From: an uncultured Muribaculaceae bacterium
GTDB lineage: Bacteria; Bacillota_I; Bacilli_A; RF39; UBA660
Direction of reading: 5' to 3'
Assembly: GCA_964458035.1 (NCBI GenBank)
Contig: CAYWFZ010000003.1
Location: 8,297-72,296 of the forward strand
Length of the DNA: 64,000 nt
The position numbers and the translations under genes were made by a program. This document shows positions 42,479-52,619 of this stretch, in pieces (the first letter of the stretch is position 1; the number at the start of each line of letters is the position of its first letter). A model generated the notes under the pieces. That model searched no databases. It was not told the DNA's origin and saw only the letters and a list, made by a program, of their open reading frames with translations.

Positions 42479-42892
42479 CCTGTTGATCTATGATGCCATA
42501 GTTTCATTAACTACTTAAATTTTATAACTTTTTAGTTGAAAAAGTAAAGAGTAATATTATAATTTTAGTTATTACCACAATTTTCAACAAAGTTTTCAAC
42601 TCTTAATGTACTATAATATAGTATTTTGTCGTACTTTTCAACCTTTTCAACAAATTAATAAAAAAAGTTTTCATTTATAGTGAAAAGTTTTAAGATATAA
42701 ACGTTGAAATAGTTGAAAAGCCAAATTAAGCTGTTGAAAACGTTAAAGTTATGAACAAAGATTAAAAAAACATAGTTTTCTTTAAATATCCTTAATTTTA
42801 TTGACTTAATCAATTTAATATAATATAATAACCTTGCTTTGAGATTGCATCAGTTTATTAATCTGAGCAAAAAGAACCGGAGGTGGACATTT
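42479..42892. other. oriC: Candidate oriC: dnaA-rpmH intergenic region with 8 copies of the octamer TTTTCAAC/GTTGAAAA in both orientations (about 42534-42745), then an AT-rich stretch and the rpmH promoter
   Basis: Copies occur as ttaGTTGAAAAag, aaTTTTCAACAaagTTTTCAACtc, acTTTTCAACcTTTTCAACAaa, acGTTGAAATAGTTGAAAAGcc and ctGTTGAAAACg. I found no TTATCCACA. Position is between the divergent dnaA and rpmH-rnpA genes. Confidence 0.6.
42801..42829 (+). promoter_or_regulatory. rpmH promoter (TTGACT-17-TATAAT)
   Basis: -35 TTGACT at 42801-42806 and -10 TATAAT at 42824-42829, 63 nt upstream of the rpmH ATG. Confidence 0.6.
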
Positions 42893-43015
42893 ATGAAAAG
42901 AACTTATCAACCAAATAATCGTAAGAAAGCAAAAAAACATGGTTTCTTTGCACGTAAAAATACAAAAATTCTAAAAACTAGAAGAGCAAAAGGACGCAAA
43001 GTGCTATGCAAATAA
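42893..43015 (+). CDS. rpmH: 50S ribosomal protein L34
   Basis: Hand-translated [40 protein letters not shown], with GGAGGTGG RBS. Below the ORF-track cutoff. Confidence 0.9.
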   Translation: MKRTYQPNNRKKAKKHGFFARKNTKILKTRRAKGRKVLCK

Positions 43016-43058
43016 AGCCACAAAGTGGCTTTTTCTTATATAAGTAGGAGGTATTTTA

Positions 43059-43379
43059 ATGAAAAAATATGAAATAGTTAAAGAACATAAAGATTTTGAT
43101 AATATTATTGCCTCTGGTAGATATAAGAAATCTAAGTATTTTATATTATATAATAAGGAAAGTAATTTTGATTATCCAAGATTTGGAATTGCCGTTGGAA
43201 CTAAAGTAGGGAATGCAGTTACAAGAAACAAGTTAAAAAGACAATATAGAATGATATTAACAAATAATAAAAAGTTGTTTAAAAATAAACAAGATTATAT
43301 TATAATAGTTAAAAGAAGTTCACTTGATGTAAGTTTTAAAGAATTAGAGACGGAATTAAAAAGAACTTTAGAAAAATAG
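43059..43379 (+). CDS. rnpA: RNase P protein component
   Basis: 106-aa basic protein immediately after rpmH, RnpA family layout. Confidence 0.88.
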   Translation: MKKYEIVKEHKDFDNIIASGRYKKSKYFILYNKESNFDYPRFGIAVGTKVGNAVTRNKLKRQYRMILTNNKKLFKNKQDYIIIVKRSSLDVSFKELETELKRTLEK

Positions 43380-43387
43380 GTGAAGAT

Positions 43388-44317
43388 ATGAAAAAGAAAA
43401 TAGTAGTATTATTCGCAATAATTTTATTAACATTAACAGGTTGTACAAAGTACTTATCTGATGATAACAATAAAAGGGTAGTGAATGAGAAAACTGGACA
43501 GAATCTGACAGCGAACATTTTGTGTTTACCAGAAGATAAAGAACTACTTGAAGAATACAAAAAGTATGAAAATAATTTGAGTGTTAAATTAGATGAATTA
43601 CCAAAATGCGAAAATATGAAAATATATGAAAAGAAGTCCTACAATGGACTTTGGGTTGGACTATTTGTTCGACCACTAGCATGGTGCATAATTAATTTAG
43701 GAAAGCTTTTTGGAAATTATGGTGTATCTGTTATGGTAATCGGGTTATTAATCAGATTGATAATGATGCCAGTATCTGCAAAAACTGCTAAACAGCAAGA
43801 AAATATGAAGAAAATTCAGCCAGAAATGGAAAGAATTGAAAAGAAATATGCAAATAAGACTGATCAAGAGTCAATGATGAAGAAAAGTCAAGAAACATTA
43901 GCTTTATATCAAAAGTATAATATCAACCCAATGAGCAGTTGTTTGATATCTTTTATTCAATTGCCACTATTCTTCGCTTTCCTAGAAGCAATAAACCGTG
44001 TACCGGCAATATTCGAAAATTATTTCTGGCGTTTCCAACTAGGAACAACACCTCTAATTGGTATTAAAGATGGAAATTATTACTATATAATTCTAATCGC
44101 TTTAATACTAATATTCACAGCACTATCATTTAAACATAGTATGTCATCAATGTCATCATCACCTGAACAGGTTAAACAGACTAAATATATGTTGATATTT
44201 ATGACTGTGTTTATTGGTATTGCATCATTTCAACTACCATCTGCAATTGCTCTTTATTGGGTAGTAACAAATGCATTTAATGTAGTTCAAATGGAAATAA
44301 TGAAGAAGAGAGGTTAA
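43388..44317 (+). CDS. yidC: Membrane protein insertase YidC/SpoIIIJ (lipoprotein type)
   Basis: Lipobox LLTLTGC, five TM segments, Oxa1/YidC core. rnpA-yidC-jag synteny. Confidence 0.9.
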   Translation: MKKKIVVLFAIILLTLTGCTKYLSDDNNKRVVNEKTGQNLTANILCLPEDKELLEEYKKYENNLSVKLDELPKCENMKIYEKKSYNGLWVGLFVRPLAWCIINLGKLFGNYGVSVMVIGLLIRLIMMPVSAKTAKQQENMKKIQPEMERIEKKYANKTDQESMMKKSQETLALYQKYNINPMSSCLISFIQLPLFFAFLEAINRVPAIFENYFWRFQLGTTPLIGIKDGNYYYIILIALILIFTALSFKHSMSSMSSSPEQVKQTKYMLIFMTVFIGIASFQLPSAIALYWVVTNAFNVVQMEIMKKRG

Positions 44318-44319
44318 TT

Positions 44320-44931
44320 ATGCAAGTAGAAGTATTTGAAGGAAAAGAAGAAAAAGAGGTTTTAGAAAGAGCTTTAGAAAGCTTAGGAGTAACAATCGAT
44401 GATGTAATGTATTATGTTACAAAATCCAAAGCTGGTCTTTTAAAAAAAGAAGTAGTAAGTGTACACATTGCAACTTATGAAAATATTATTGATTACATAA
44501 AAGATTATCTTGAATCTCTAACTAAAGATATGGGGCTTAATGTTACGTTTGAATCTAAAGTAAGAGATAAACAAATTACCATAAAAATGTATTCTGATAA
44601 TAATAAAATACTTATTGGAAGAAATGGTCAAACCTTGCAAGCTTTAACAACTATAGTAAAACAAGTAATATTTAATAACATAAATTGTTATCCATATTTA
44701 ATATTAGATGTTGAAAACTATAAAGAAAAGAAAGTAAAATACTTAGAAAGACTTGCTAAAAACATTGCAAGAGAAGTAGCATCTACTAAAAATCCGGTAG
44801 AACTAGAAAATATGAATTCTTATGAAAGAAGAATTGTTCATAACATTTTAACGGATAACCCACATGTTTATACAGAAAGTGTTGGAGAAGAACCTGAAAG
44901 ACATGTAGTAATTAAACCAAAAGAGGATTAA
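44320..44931 (+). CDS. jag: Jag/KhpB RNA-binding protein (KH and R3H domains)
   Basis: 203 aa. The R3H-like C-terminus (ERRIVHNILTDNPHVYTESVGEEPERHVVIKP) follows yidC. Confidence 0.85.
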   Translation: MQVEVFEGKEEKEVLERALESLGVTIDDVMYYVTKSKAGLLKKEVVSVHIATYENIIDYIKDYLESLTKDMGLNVTFESKVRDKQITIKMYSDNNKILIGRNGQTLQALTTIVKQVIFNNINCYPYLILDVENYKEKKVKYLERLAKNIAREVASTKNPVELENMNSYERRIVHNILTDNPHVYTESVGEEPERHVVIKPKED

Positions 44932-44973
44932 TTCCTCTTTTTATATGCTAAAATTTGTAGTAAACTAAATAAT

Positions 44974-45002
44974 AGTACAATAGGTGAATATTTATGCTAT
45001 AA
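44974..45002 (+). promoter_or_regulatory. Extended -10 promoter (TGcTATAAT) upstream of mnmE
   Basis: TGCTATAAT at 44994-45002. Weak -35. Confidence 0.4.
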
Positions 45003-45030
45003 TAATAAAACGTTTAAAGGAGGAGAAACT

Positions 45031-46386
45031 ATGGATGAAAATATATGCGCTATATCAACTTCCTTAGGAGTAGGGGCAATATCAATTGTTAGATGTTCAG
45101 GCCCAAATGTTATCGAAATAGTTAATGAAATATTTGATGGGACTGATCTTACAAAAGTAAAAAGTCATACAATTCATTATGGTCATATTGTATTTGACGA
45201 AGAAATAATTGATGAAGTATTGATTTCTGTAATGCGTGCACCTAAAACTTTCACAAGAGAAGATATAGTTGAAATAAATTGTCATGGTGGAATATCTCCA
45301 ACTAATAAAATATTAGAAACTTTAATTATTAAAGGTATGCGTTTAGCTATGCCAGGGGAATTTAGTAAAATTGCTTATTTAAATGGAAGAATTGATCTAG
45401 TGGAAGCAGAAGCAATAAATGACTTAATCCTTGCAGAAACAGATGAGCAAAGAAAATATGCTATAAATAGAACAATGGGAAATCTTTCAAAGTTAATAAA
45501 GGAAAATCGCGGAAAATTAGTTAATTTACAGGCTAAATTAGAAGTAAATTTCGATTATCCTGAAGAAGCCGATAACATTGAAATGACACATAGCTTAGTT
45601 AATCAAGAATTATTAACAATAAAAGAATCGTTGGAAAAACTACTAGATTCCAGCAGAGATGGGAAATTAGTGCGTGAAGGAATAGATGTTGCAATAGTTG
45701 GAAAGCCAAATGTTGGAAAGAGTAGTATCTTAAACCACCTACTAGATGAAAATAAAGCAATTGTTACTGACATTGCGGGTACAACGAGAGATATTGTTGA
45801 AGGATCAATTACCTTATCGGGTATTAAATTAAATTTAATTGATACTGCTGGTATTAGAAAAACTGATGATTTTGTAGAACAAATTGGTGTCGATAAGTCT
45901 ATTGAAATGATAGATAAAGCAGACTTAGTTATTTATGTGTTTAATAATAATGAAAAGATAACTAAAGAAGAATTAGATTTACTTGAAAAAATAAAAAATG
46001 TTCAAAAGATTATACTTATAAACAAATCCGATTTAGAAAGTAAAATAGATGAGAAAATATTAAATGATTATAAAATTGTTTATGGAAATACAATTGATGA
46101 AAATGGGTTAGATTCGCTAAAAAAGACAATCATTGATATGTTTAAATTAGAAGAGATTAAAAGTAAAAATTATAATTTCTTAGCAAATGCGCGCCAAAGT
46201 TCATTAGTTGCCAATGCCTTAAGTTCCATTAAGGAAGCTTTAAAGAGTGTAGAAGCAGAAGTTCCCTTAGAGATGATTGCAGCTGATATTAAAGAAGCTT
46301 ATGACACACTAGGTGAAATAATTGGTGAAACATACAAAGATGAATTACTAGATGAATTATTTTCTAATTTTTGTTTAGGAAAATAG
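45031..46386 (+). CDS. mnmE: tRNA modification GTPase MnmE
   Basis: G domain GKPNVGKSS, DTAGIR, NKSD and C-terminal CxGK (FCLGK). Confidence 0.95.
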   Translation: MDENICAISTSLGVGAISIVRCSGPNVIEIVNEIFDGTDLTKVKSHTIHYGHIVFDEEIIDEVLISVMRAPKTFTREDIVEINCHGGISPTNKILETLIIKGMRLAMPGEFSKIAYLNGRIDLVEAEAINDLILAETDEQRKYAINRTMGNLSKLIKENRGKLVNLQAKLEVNFDYPEEADNIEMTHSLVNQELLTIKESLEKLLDSSRDGKLVREGIDVAIVGKPNVGKSSILNHLLDENKAIVTDIAGTTRDIVEGSITLSGIKLNLIDTAGIRKTDDFVEQIGVDKSIEMIDKADLVIYVFNNNEKITKEELDLLEKIKNVQKIILINKSDLESKIDEKILNDYKIVYGNTIDENGLDSLKKTIIDMFKLEEIKSKNYNFLANARQSSLVANALSSIKEALKSVEAEVPLEMIAADIKEAYDTLGEIIGETYKDELLDELFSNFCLGK

Positions 46387-46399
46387 GGGAAGTGATAAT

Positions 46400-48274
46400 A
46401 TGAAATATGACATAATAGTAGTAGGTGGAGGACACGCTGGATGCGAAGCAGCTTACGCTTCTGCTAAGCAAGGACTTAAAACAGCTCTTATAACTTCAAA
46501 TAAAAATAATATTGCTGATATGCCTTGTAATCCTTCGATTGGAGGAACTGCAAAAGGTATAGTTGTTAGAGAAATTGATGCATTAGGCGGATTAATGGGA
46601 CGAATAGCCGATATATCTCACCTACAAATAAAAATGCTTAATTCAGGGAAAGGACCAGCCGTTAAATCTTTAAGAGCACAAGGAGATAAAGTTACATACC
46701 CAAAAAACATGGTAAAAACATTATCTTCACTTGAAAACTTAGATATTATAGAAGAAATGATTGAAGATTTGATTGTTCAAAATAAAGATATAAAAGGAGT
46801 AATAAGTGCTACAAATAAAGAGTATTTTTGTGACGCCTTAATTTTAACAACTGGTACATATTTAAAAAGTAAGATTCTTGTTGGGGATAAATCAAAAGAA
46901 GAGGGACCTCATGGTGAAGAATCATCAAAGAATCTATCTAATAAATTAAGAAATTTAGGATTTGAAATACAAAGATTAAAAACAGGTACTCCTCAAAGGC
47001 TAGATCCTAATACGATTGATTATTCTAAACTTACAGAAGAAAATGGAGATTTAACACCTTGGACTTTCTCTTTTGACTTAGAGCCATCTTATGATGTTAA
47101 TAACCAAAGAAAGTGTTATTTAGTATATACTAATGAAAACACTCATCAAATAATAAGAGATAATTTAAAAAAGTCCGCTATGTATGGAGGATATGCTGAA
47201 GGAATTGGACCAAGATACTGTCCTTCAATTGAAGATAAAATAGTTCGCTTTGCGGATAAAGAAAGGCATCAACTTTTCTTAGAACCAGAAAGTGACTTTT
47301 ACCCAGATTTATATTTACAAGGATTTTCAACATCAATGCCAATAGATGTCCAAGAAAAAATGGTTCACTCATTAGTTGGTCTTGAGAATGCCAAAATATT
47401 AAAGTATGCTTATGCAATCGAATATGATGCCATAAATCCTTTACAGATGAAACCATCATTAGAATCTAAAATTATAAATAATTTATATACAGCTGGTCAA
47501 ATAAACGGAACAAGCGGCTATGAAGAGGCAGCTGGACAAGGTCTAATAGCTGGTATAAATGCTGGATTAAAGTTAAAAGGAAAAGATCCATTAATCCTAA
47601 AAAGAAATGAATCATACATAGGTGTATTAATAGATGACTTAGTAACTAAAGGAACAAAAGAGCCATATCGATTACTCACATCACGTGCCGAATATAGACT
47701 TATTTTAAGACACGATAATGCGGATTTAAGACTACGTAAATATGGCTATGAAGTCGGTCTTATAAGTGATGAACAATATAAAAGATTACAAGAAAAAGAG
47801 GATAGTATCTCTAATTTAACTAATGATTTAAAAACTATAAAAATTCATCCAAAAGAAATTAATAATGAAATAAAGGAAGCTTTAGGAATAGAAGAACTTA
47901 CATCGGGAATGAGTCTGTATGACTTATTAAAAAGACCACAAATAAAAATAGAATATTTAGTAGAATATTTAAATAATGAATATAAAAAAGATATATTAGA
48001 AATAGTTGAAATAGCCATAAAATATGAAGGATACATTTCTAAAACAAATCGTGAAGTAGAAAAAATGTTAAAATTAGAGAGCAAGAAAATACCTAAAGAT
48101 ATAGACTACTCTAAAATAAAAAATCTTGCAAGTGAAGCAAGACAAAAGTTAGAATCTGTACGTCCTGAGACAGTAGCCCAAGCATCTAGAATCAGCGGGG
48201 TTAACCCAACAGACATATCTATATTAACAGTATATTTAAAAAAGGAATATGCAAGTGAGGCAAACCATGAATAG
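46400..48274 (+). CDS. mnmG: tRNA uridine 5-carboxymethylaminomethyl modification enzyme MnmG
   Basis: FAD motif DIIVVGGGHAGCEAA, 624 aa, GidA family. Confidence 0.96.
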   Translation: MKYDIIVVGGGHAGCEAAYASAKQGLKTALITSNKNNIADMPCNPSIGGTAKGIVVREIDALGGLMGRIADISHLQIKMLNSGKGPAVKSLRAQGDKVTYPKNMVKTLSSLENLDIIEEMIEDLIVQNKDIKGVISATNKEYFCDALILTTGTYLKSKILVGDKSKEEGPHGEESSKNLSNKLRNLGFEIQRLKTGTPQRLDPNTIDYSKLTEENGDLTPWTFSFDLEPSYDVNNQRKCYLVYTNENTHQIIRDNLKKSAMYGGYAEGIGPRYCPSIEDKIVRFADKERHQLFLEPESDFYPDLYLQGFSTSMPIDVQEKMVHSLVGLENAKILKYAYAIEYDAINPLQMKPSLESKIINNLYTAGQINGTSGYEEAAGQGLIAGINAGLKLKGKDPLILKRNESYIGVLIDDLVTKGTKEPYRLLTSRAEYRLILRHDNADLRLRKYGYEVGLISDEQYKRLQEKEDSISNLTNDLKTIKIHPKEINNEIKEALGIEELTSGMSLYDLLKRPQIKIEYLVEYLNNEYKKDILEIVEIAIKYEGYISKTNREVEKMLKLESKKIPKDIDYSKIKNLASEARQKLESVRPETVAQASRISGVNPTDISILTVYLKKEYASEANHE

Positions 48275-48986
48275 AGAAACATTCGTATCTTCTTTAAAAA
48301 AAGATTTAGGTATTGATCTTTCCAACGAAGTATTAAAAAATCTAGATTTATATGCATCATTTTTAATGGAATATAATGAACACACTAATCTAACAGCTAT
48401 AAAAGAAATAAAAGACATTTATTTAAAACATTTTTATGATTCTCTAACTATTGTAAAAAGTATAGATTTAAATAAAATTACTACTGTATGTGATGTAGGT
48501 ACAGGTGCAGGCTTCCCTGGAATGGTGTTAAAAATAGTGTATCCACATTTAAATGTTACTTTAATAGATTCAAATAATAAAAAAATAACCTTTTTAAAAG
48601 AATTAATAAAAAAGTTAAATTTAACTAATATAAAAACCATCAATTCAAGAAGTGAAGATTATGCGCACAATCATCTTGACTGTTTTGATTTAGTAACCGC
48701 TCGTGCTGTAACAACACTTCCAGCCTTGATTGAATTATGTTTACCACTTGTAAAAATAAATGGTTATTTTATACCATTAAAAGGAAATGTAGAAGAAGAA
48801 ATTAATATTTCAAAAGATATACTAAATACTTTAAACGGATCAATAATAGATACTTATAAATTTACATTGCCAGAAGAAAATTCTATAAGGACACTTATAA
48901 AAATAAAAAAGAATAATGAAACTCCAAAAGGGTATCCTAGAAGTTACGATAAAATCAAAAAGTCATTGAAAAAATATATAAAATAA
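48267..48986 (+). CDS. rsmG: 16S rRNA (guanine527-N7)-methyltransferase
   Basis: SAM motif DVGTGAGFPG. Overlaps the mnmG end. The ORF track starts at 48249; MNRETF at 48267 is the more likely start. Confidence 0.9.
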   Translation: MNRETFVSSLKKDLGIDLSNEVLKNLDLYASFLMEYNEHTNLTAIKEIKDIYLKHFYDSLTIVKSIDLNKITTVCDVGTGAGFPGMVLKIVYPHLNVTLIDSNNKKITFLKELIKKLNLTNIKTINSRSEDYAHNHLDCFDLVTARAVTTLPALIELCLPLVKINGYFIPLKGNVEEEINISKDILNTLNGSIIDTYKFTLPEENSIRTLIKIKKNNETPKGYPRSYDKIKKSLKKYIK

Positions 48987-49033
48987 AGTAATATTATAAT
49001 AGGATATATAAATAATAAAAGGGGAAATATTTC

Positions 49034-50167
49034 ATGAAAATGGAAGCACAAATAAGATTAATTAATATTGATAGTATTATTCCAAATAGATTTCAACCTA
49101 GACTTCAATTTGATGAATCAGCGCTTGCTGAACTTGCTGCATCTATTAAAGAACATGGAATAATTCAACCTTTGGTCTTAAGAAGAGTAGGAGACAAATT
49201 TGAGATAATTGCTGGTGAAAGAAGATTTAAAGCTGCAGAACTAGCAGGATTAACGAGTGTACCTGCAATAATATCTGATTTAGACGATAATGAATCGGCT
49301 GAAGTTGCAATAATTGAAAATACTCACAGAAGAAATCTATCACCTATTGAAGAAGCAAAATCTTATAAAAAATTACTTGATAGAAAATATGTTACCCAAG
49401 ACCAGTTAGCTGCAAGACTAGGAACAAGTCAATCAAATGTAGCAAATAAAATAAGACTACTTTCACTTGATGAAACTGTTCAAAGTGCATTATTAAAAGA
49501 ACAAATTAGTGAAAGACACGCCAGAAGTTTATTACGTGTAACAGATAAATTTAAACAGGTTGATTTCTTAAATAAAACAATAAACGAAAAATGGCCAGTA
49601 AGAAAACTTGATGAAGAAATAGATAAACTACTTGGAACATACAAAAAAGATTCATCAACAACAGGAGCAATTAATGCTAACAGCAGAATAGATGTAAATG
49701 TTGATGATATAGTTAATAATTCAACAGATATTTTATTAGATAGTGATTATACTCCGGTTAATTATGAATATACTTCTAAAATAAAAGATGATACTAAAAA
49801 AAGAGATTCATTATTCTTTAATAATTTAGAAAATGAATCTGCTAATATGGATCCAACTCTTAATTTTGGTTTTAACCCTTTTAAAAATAGTGTCACAACT
49901 GAAAATGCTGTGGAGAGAGACTATGAATTATTAGAACTTGATGAAGATGAAGATGAAGTAGATGATACCGAAGAAACTGCAAACACAAAACAAGATGTAA
50001 AAGAAGTTGTAGTTGAAGAAGAGTATAAAACTATGGATGATGTAATAATGGGGATTAAAAAAATTATTAAAAAAGCAAAAGAAGCAGAAGTTCCCATTGA
50101 ATTAGAAGAATTTAGTTTTGACAAATTCTATCAATTCATTATTAGAATATATAATGATACAAAATAA
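49034..50167 (+). CDS. parB: ParB/Spo0J-family partition protein (CTPase, parS-binding) with a long acidic, low-complexity C-terminal region
   Basis: ParB boxes IQPLVLRR and IIAGERRFKAAELAG, followed by an HTH. The C-terminal half is D/E/N rich. No adjacent parA or noc. Confidence 0.85.
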   Translation: MKMEAQIRLINIDSIIPNRFQPRLQFDESALAELAASIKEHGIIQPLVLRRVGDKFEIIAGERRFKAAELAGLTSVPAIISDLDDNESAEVAIIENTHRRNLSPIEEAKSYKKLLDRKYVTQDQLAARLGTSQSNVANKIRLLSLDETVQSALLKEQISERHARSLLRVTDKFKQVDFLNKTINEKWPVRKLDEEIDKLLGTYKKDSSTTGAINANSRIDVNVDDIVNNSTDILLDSDYTPVNYEYTSKIKDDTKKRDSLFFNNLENESANMDPTLNFGFNPFKNSVTTENAVERDYELLELDEDEDEVDDTEETANTKQDVKEVVVEEEYKTMDDVIMGIKKIIKKAKEAEVPIELEEFSFDKFYQFIIRIYNDTK

Positions 50168-50191
50168 ACTAGAACATAACAGTTCTAGTTT
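50166..50191. terminator. Bidirectional Rho-independent terminator shared by parB and the convergent PBP gene
   Basis: Perfect 10-bp stem AAACTAGAAC/GTTCTAGTTT with a 6-nt loop, T-rich on both sides. It overlaps both stop codons. Confidence 0.7.
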
Positions 50192-52103
50192 ATTTTATAT
50201 ATGCAAGTTCTGTTCCAGATAGAAAGTAGAGTAGGCTTTTTGATTTAGCATCGTAATTACCCGATATTGGATTCATTGGTACTGCAACGACATTTTCTGG
50301 CTTTGTATACCAATCTTCATCTGTATCTTTTAAATAATCTTCCATAGTTGCAAGCCAAATGTTTTTTATCAATTTTGAATAAGTTTTAGGAGTTTCTTTA
50401 TTTTCATCATTGCCTGCCCAAATAAGCATTAAAGCTTCTTTATTATAGCCACATAACCAATAATCATTATCTGTAGTACCACTTTTTATTGCATATTTAT
50501 GACTTAATTTTCCATTTAGATATAAAACGGTTGGTGAATAATAATCAACAAAGTTATAGTTATATGTATTTCTCATCATTTCATTTATAATATAAGTAAT
50601 TGATTCATCTAAAACTCTTTCTTCATTTATTTCTTTTTCATAAAGTTTATTGCCATTAATATCTTCAACCCTTCTTATAAAAAAAGTATCATGTTTTATT
50701 CCTCCAGAAGCTAAAGTAGAGTAGGCTGTTGCAAAATCCAACATATTAATTTCTTTGGCACCCAAAGCAAGAGATGGGTTAGGTGATAACTCTTCCTTAA
50801 GTCCACAAGTCTTAAGGGTATTAACTAAAGTGTCTTCTCCTAAAAAAAGATGAGTCTTAACAGCATAAATATTATCAGAATATGAAAGAGCAGCCGCCAT
50901 CGTTATATCTTTATTTCCGTAGGTATCTCCATAATTTGTTGGAGTATAAGTTTTATTTTCTCCAAATACAAAAGATGTTTTTTCGGATTTAAAAGTAGAT
51001 GCAGCAGTCATTCCATTATTTAAAGCAGCGTAATATAAAAAAGGTTTAATTGTTGATCCTACTTGTCTTTTAGCTTGTGTAACACGATTATATTGACTTT
51101 TAATATAGCTTTTACCGCCAGCGAGTGCAATGACTCCTCCTGTATTTGGATTAACAACAACTCCTGCAATTTGATTATCGTCATTTTGGTCATTTTCCTT
51201 AATAGCATTTTCCATAGCCGTCTGCGCATCTAAATCCAAATTAGTAAATATTCTTAAACCTCCATCACTTAATAAATTTTTAGGAATACTCTTAATATTT
51301 TTTAGTTCTGCTAATACGGAGTCTTGATAATACATCAGTGTATCTAGATTATGGTTCTGATGCTTTCCATAGACATTCATATTATAGAAATCCAAATTAT
51401 TAAATTCATCATTATTAATAATATCATTATCTTTTAAAAAATTAGCAACTACACTAGTTCTTTTTAGAAATGACTCTCTGTTACTTATTGGATTATAATT
51501 ATTTGGGCTTTTTGGGATACCTGCAAGTGTTATAGCTTCTTCTGTGGTAATGTCACTTATATCTTTATTAAAATAATACTGTGCAGCATCTTTAACACCA
51601 TATATCCCTTGACCAAAATAAATAGTATTTAAGTAACCTTCCAATATTTCCTTTTTTGAATAATGTGTTTCTAATCTTACAGTTAAGAAAGCTTCTTCTA
51701 TTTTTCTTTCCCACGTTTGATCAAACTCTAAAAATAAGTTTTTTACATATTGTTGAGAAATAGATGAACCACCTCCAACAATTTTTCCAGCTTTAGCATT
51801 TAAATAAAAACTCTTAATAATTCTTACAATATCAAATCCGAAATGATTATAAAAATGTCTATCTTCAACGTTAACTATAAACTCTAAAAATTCTTCATCT
51901 ATATTATCTAAAGAGACCCATTCAGAGTTATTTGATCCTTGGTATATTACATTATCTTTATTATCATATATATAATATGAGTTAGCAGTATTAAGTGCAA
52001 TAGGTTCAGTAAAATAAGCAAAAACATAAACTCCAATGACAAAGACAATACTCAATATAAACATAAAAATACCAATTTTTACTAGACGTTTTACATGTCT
52101 CAT
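50190..52103 (-). CDS. Class A penicillin-binding protein (transglycosylase and transpeptidase)
   Basis: GT51 motifs EDRHFYNHFGFD and GGSSISQQ. Transpeptidase STIKP, SYSDN-like and KSGTT motifs. N-terminal TM. The ATG at 52103 has a GGTGA RBS. The ORF track starts at 52115. Confidence 0.85.
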   Translation of the reverse strand: MRHVKRLVKIGIFMFILSIVFVIGVYVFAYFTEPIALNTANSYYIYDNKDNVIYQGSNNSEWVSLDNIDEEFLEFIVNVEDRHFYNHFGFDIVRIIKSFYLNAKAGKIVGGGSSISQQYVKNLFLEFDQTWERKIEEAFLTVRLETHYSKKEILEGYLNTIYFGQGIYGVKDAAQYYFNKDISDITTEEAITLAGIPKSPNNYNPISNRESFLKRTSVVANFLKDNDIINNDEFNNLDFYNMNVYGKHQNHNLDTLMYYQDSVLAELKNIKSIPKNLLSDGGLRIFTNLDLDAQTAMENAIKENDQNDDNQIAGVVVNPNTGGVIALAGGKSYIKSQYNRVTQAKRQVGSTIKPFLYYAALNNGMTAASTFKSEKTSFVFGENKTYTPTNYGDTYGNKDITMAAALSYSDNIYAVKTHLFLGEDTLVNTLKTCGLKEELSPNPSLALGAKEINMLDFATAYSTLASGGIKHDTFFIRRVEDINGNKLYEKEINEERVLDESITYIINEMMRNTYNYNFVDYYSPTVLYLNGKLSHKYAIKSGTTDNDYWLCGYNKEALMLIWAGNDENKETPKTYSKLIKNIWLATMEDYLKDTDEDWYTKPENVVAVPMNPISGNYDAKSKSLLYFLSGTELAYIK

Positions 52104-52171
52104 CCATATCACCATTAATATATTGAGACAATTTAAAAAAAATATGATAAAATATGCAAATAGGTGAGGAA

Positions 52172-52510
52172 ATGGAAAAACTCAAATTTAAACTTCTATC
52201 AAACAATAAAGAAATCATAAATACAGATGTAGCATATTATAAAAAAGACAATACTATTAATTTTAAAATAAACGATGATTTATATAAACTAGATACAAAA
52301 AAAATAATTCTTACAAAAATAGATAAAGAAAAAGAACTAGTAATAAATTTTAAGGAAAAAGTTATAATAATTTATGCTAAATGCGAAAATATTACACTAG
52401 ATTATCCTATGTTAGAATCAATCGTTAAAACATCAGAGAAATCAATTAATTTATCCTATACATTAGAGGAAGATAAACTACTATCTAACACCATAGTTAT
52501 AGAATTTTAA
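52172..52510 (+). CDS. Hypothetical small protein (about 112 aa)
   Basis: ORF with AGGTGAGGA just upstream of the ATG at 52172. Beta-rich, no motif recognised. Confidence 0.45.
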   Translation: MEKLKFKLLSNNKEIINTDVAYYKKDNTINFKINDDLYKLDTKKIILTKIDKEKELVINFKEKVIIIYAKCENITLDYPMLESIVKTSEKSINLSYTLEEDKLLSNTIVIEF

Positions 52511-52619
52511 TATTTTTATTGACAACACATAATTATATGATAAAATTAGTATTGTTTTAAGTATCAAGTGACTAATTGATGACTTACATATAATGTTTTT
52601 GTAATTAGGAGGACAAATC

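Noticed and set aside
42840-42885. Imperfect inverted repeat TTGCTTTGAGATT...AATCTGAGCAA between the rpmH promoter and its RBS
   Set aside because: The stem has mismatches and there is no T-tract. It is possibly an L34 leader structure, but too weak to call as a feature.
48236-48275. Apparent 1-nt offset when hand-indexing the mnmG/rsmG overlap (my count of the A-run at 48238-48245)
   Set aside because: The ORF track is internally consistent: mnmG ends at 48274, rsmG starts at 48249 or 48267 in the other frame, and parB at 49034 re-synchronises. I treat it as my counting error rather than a frameshift.
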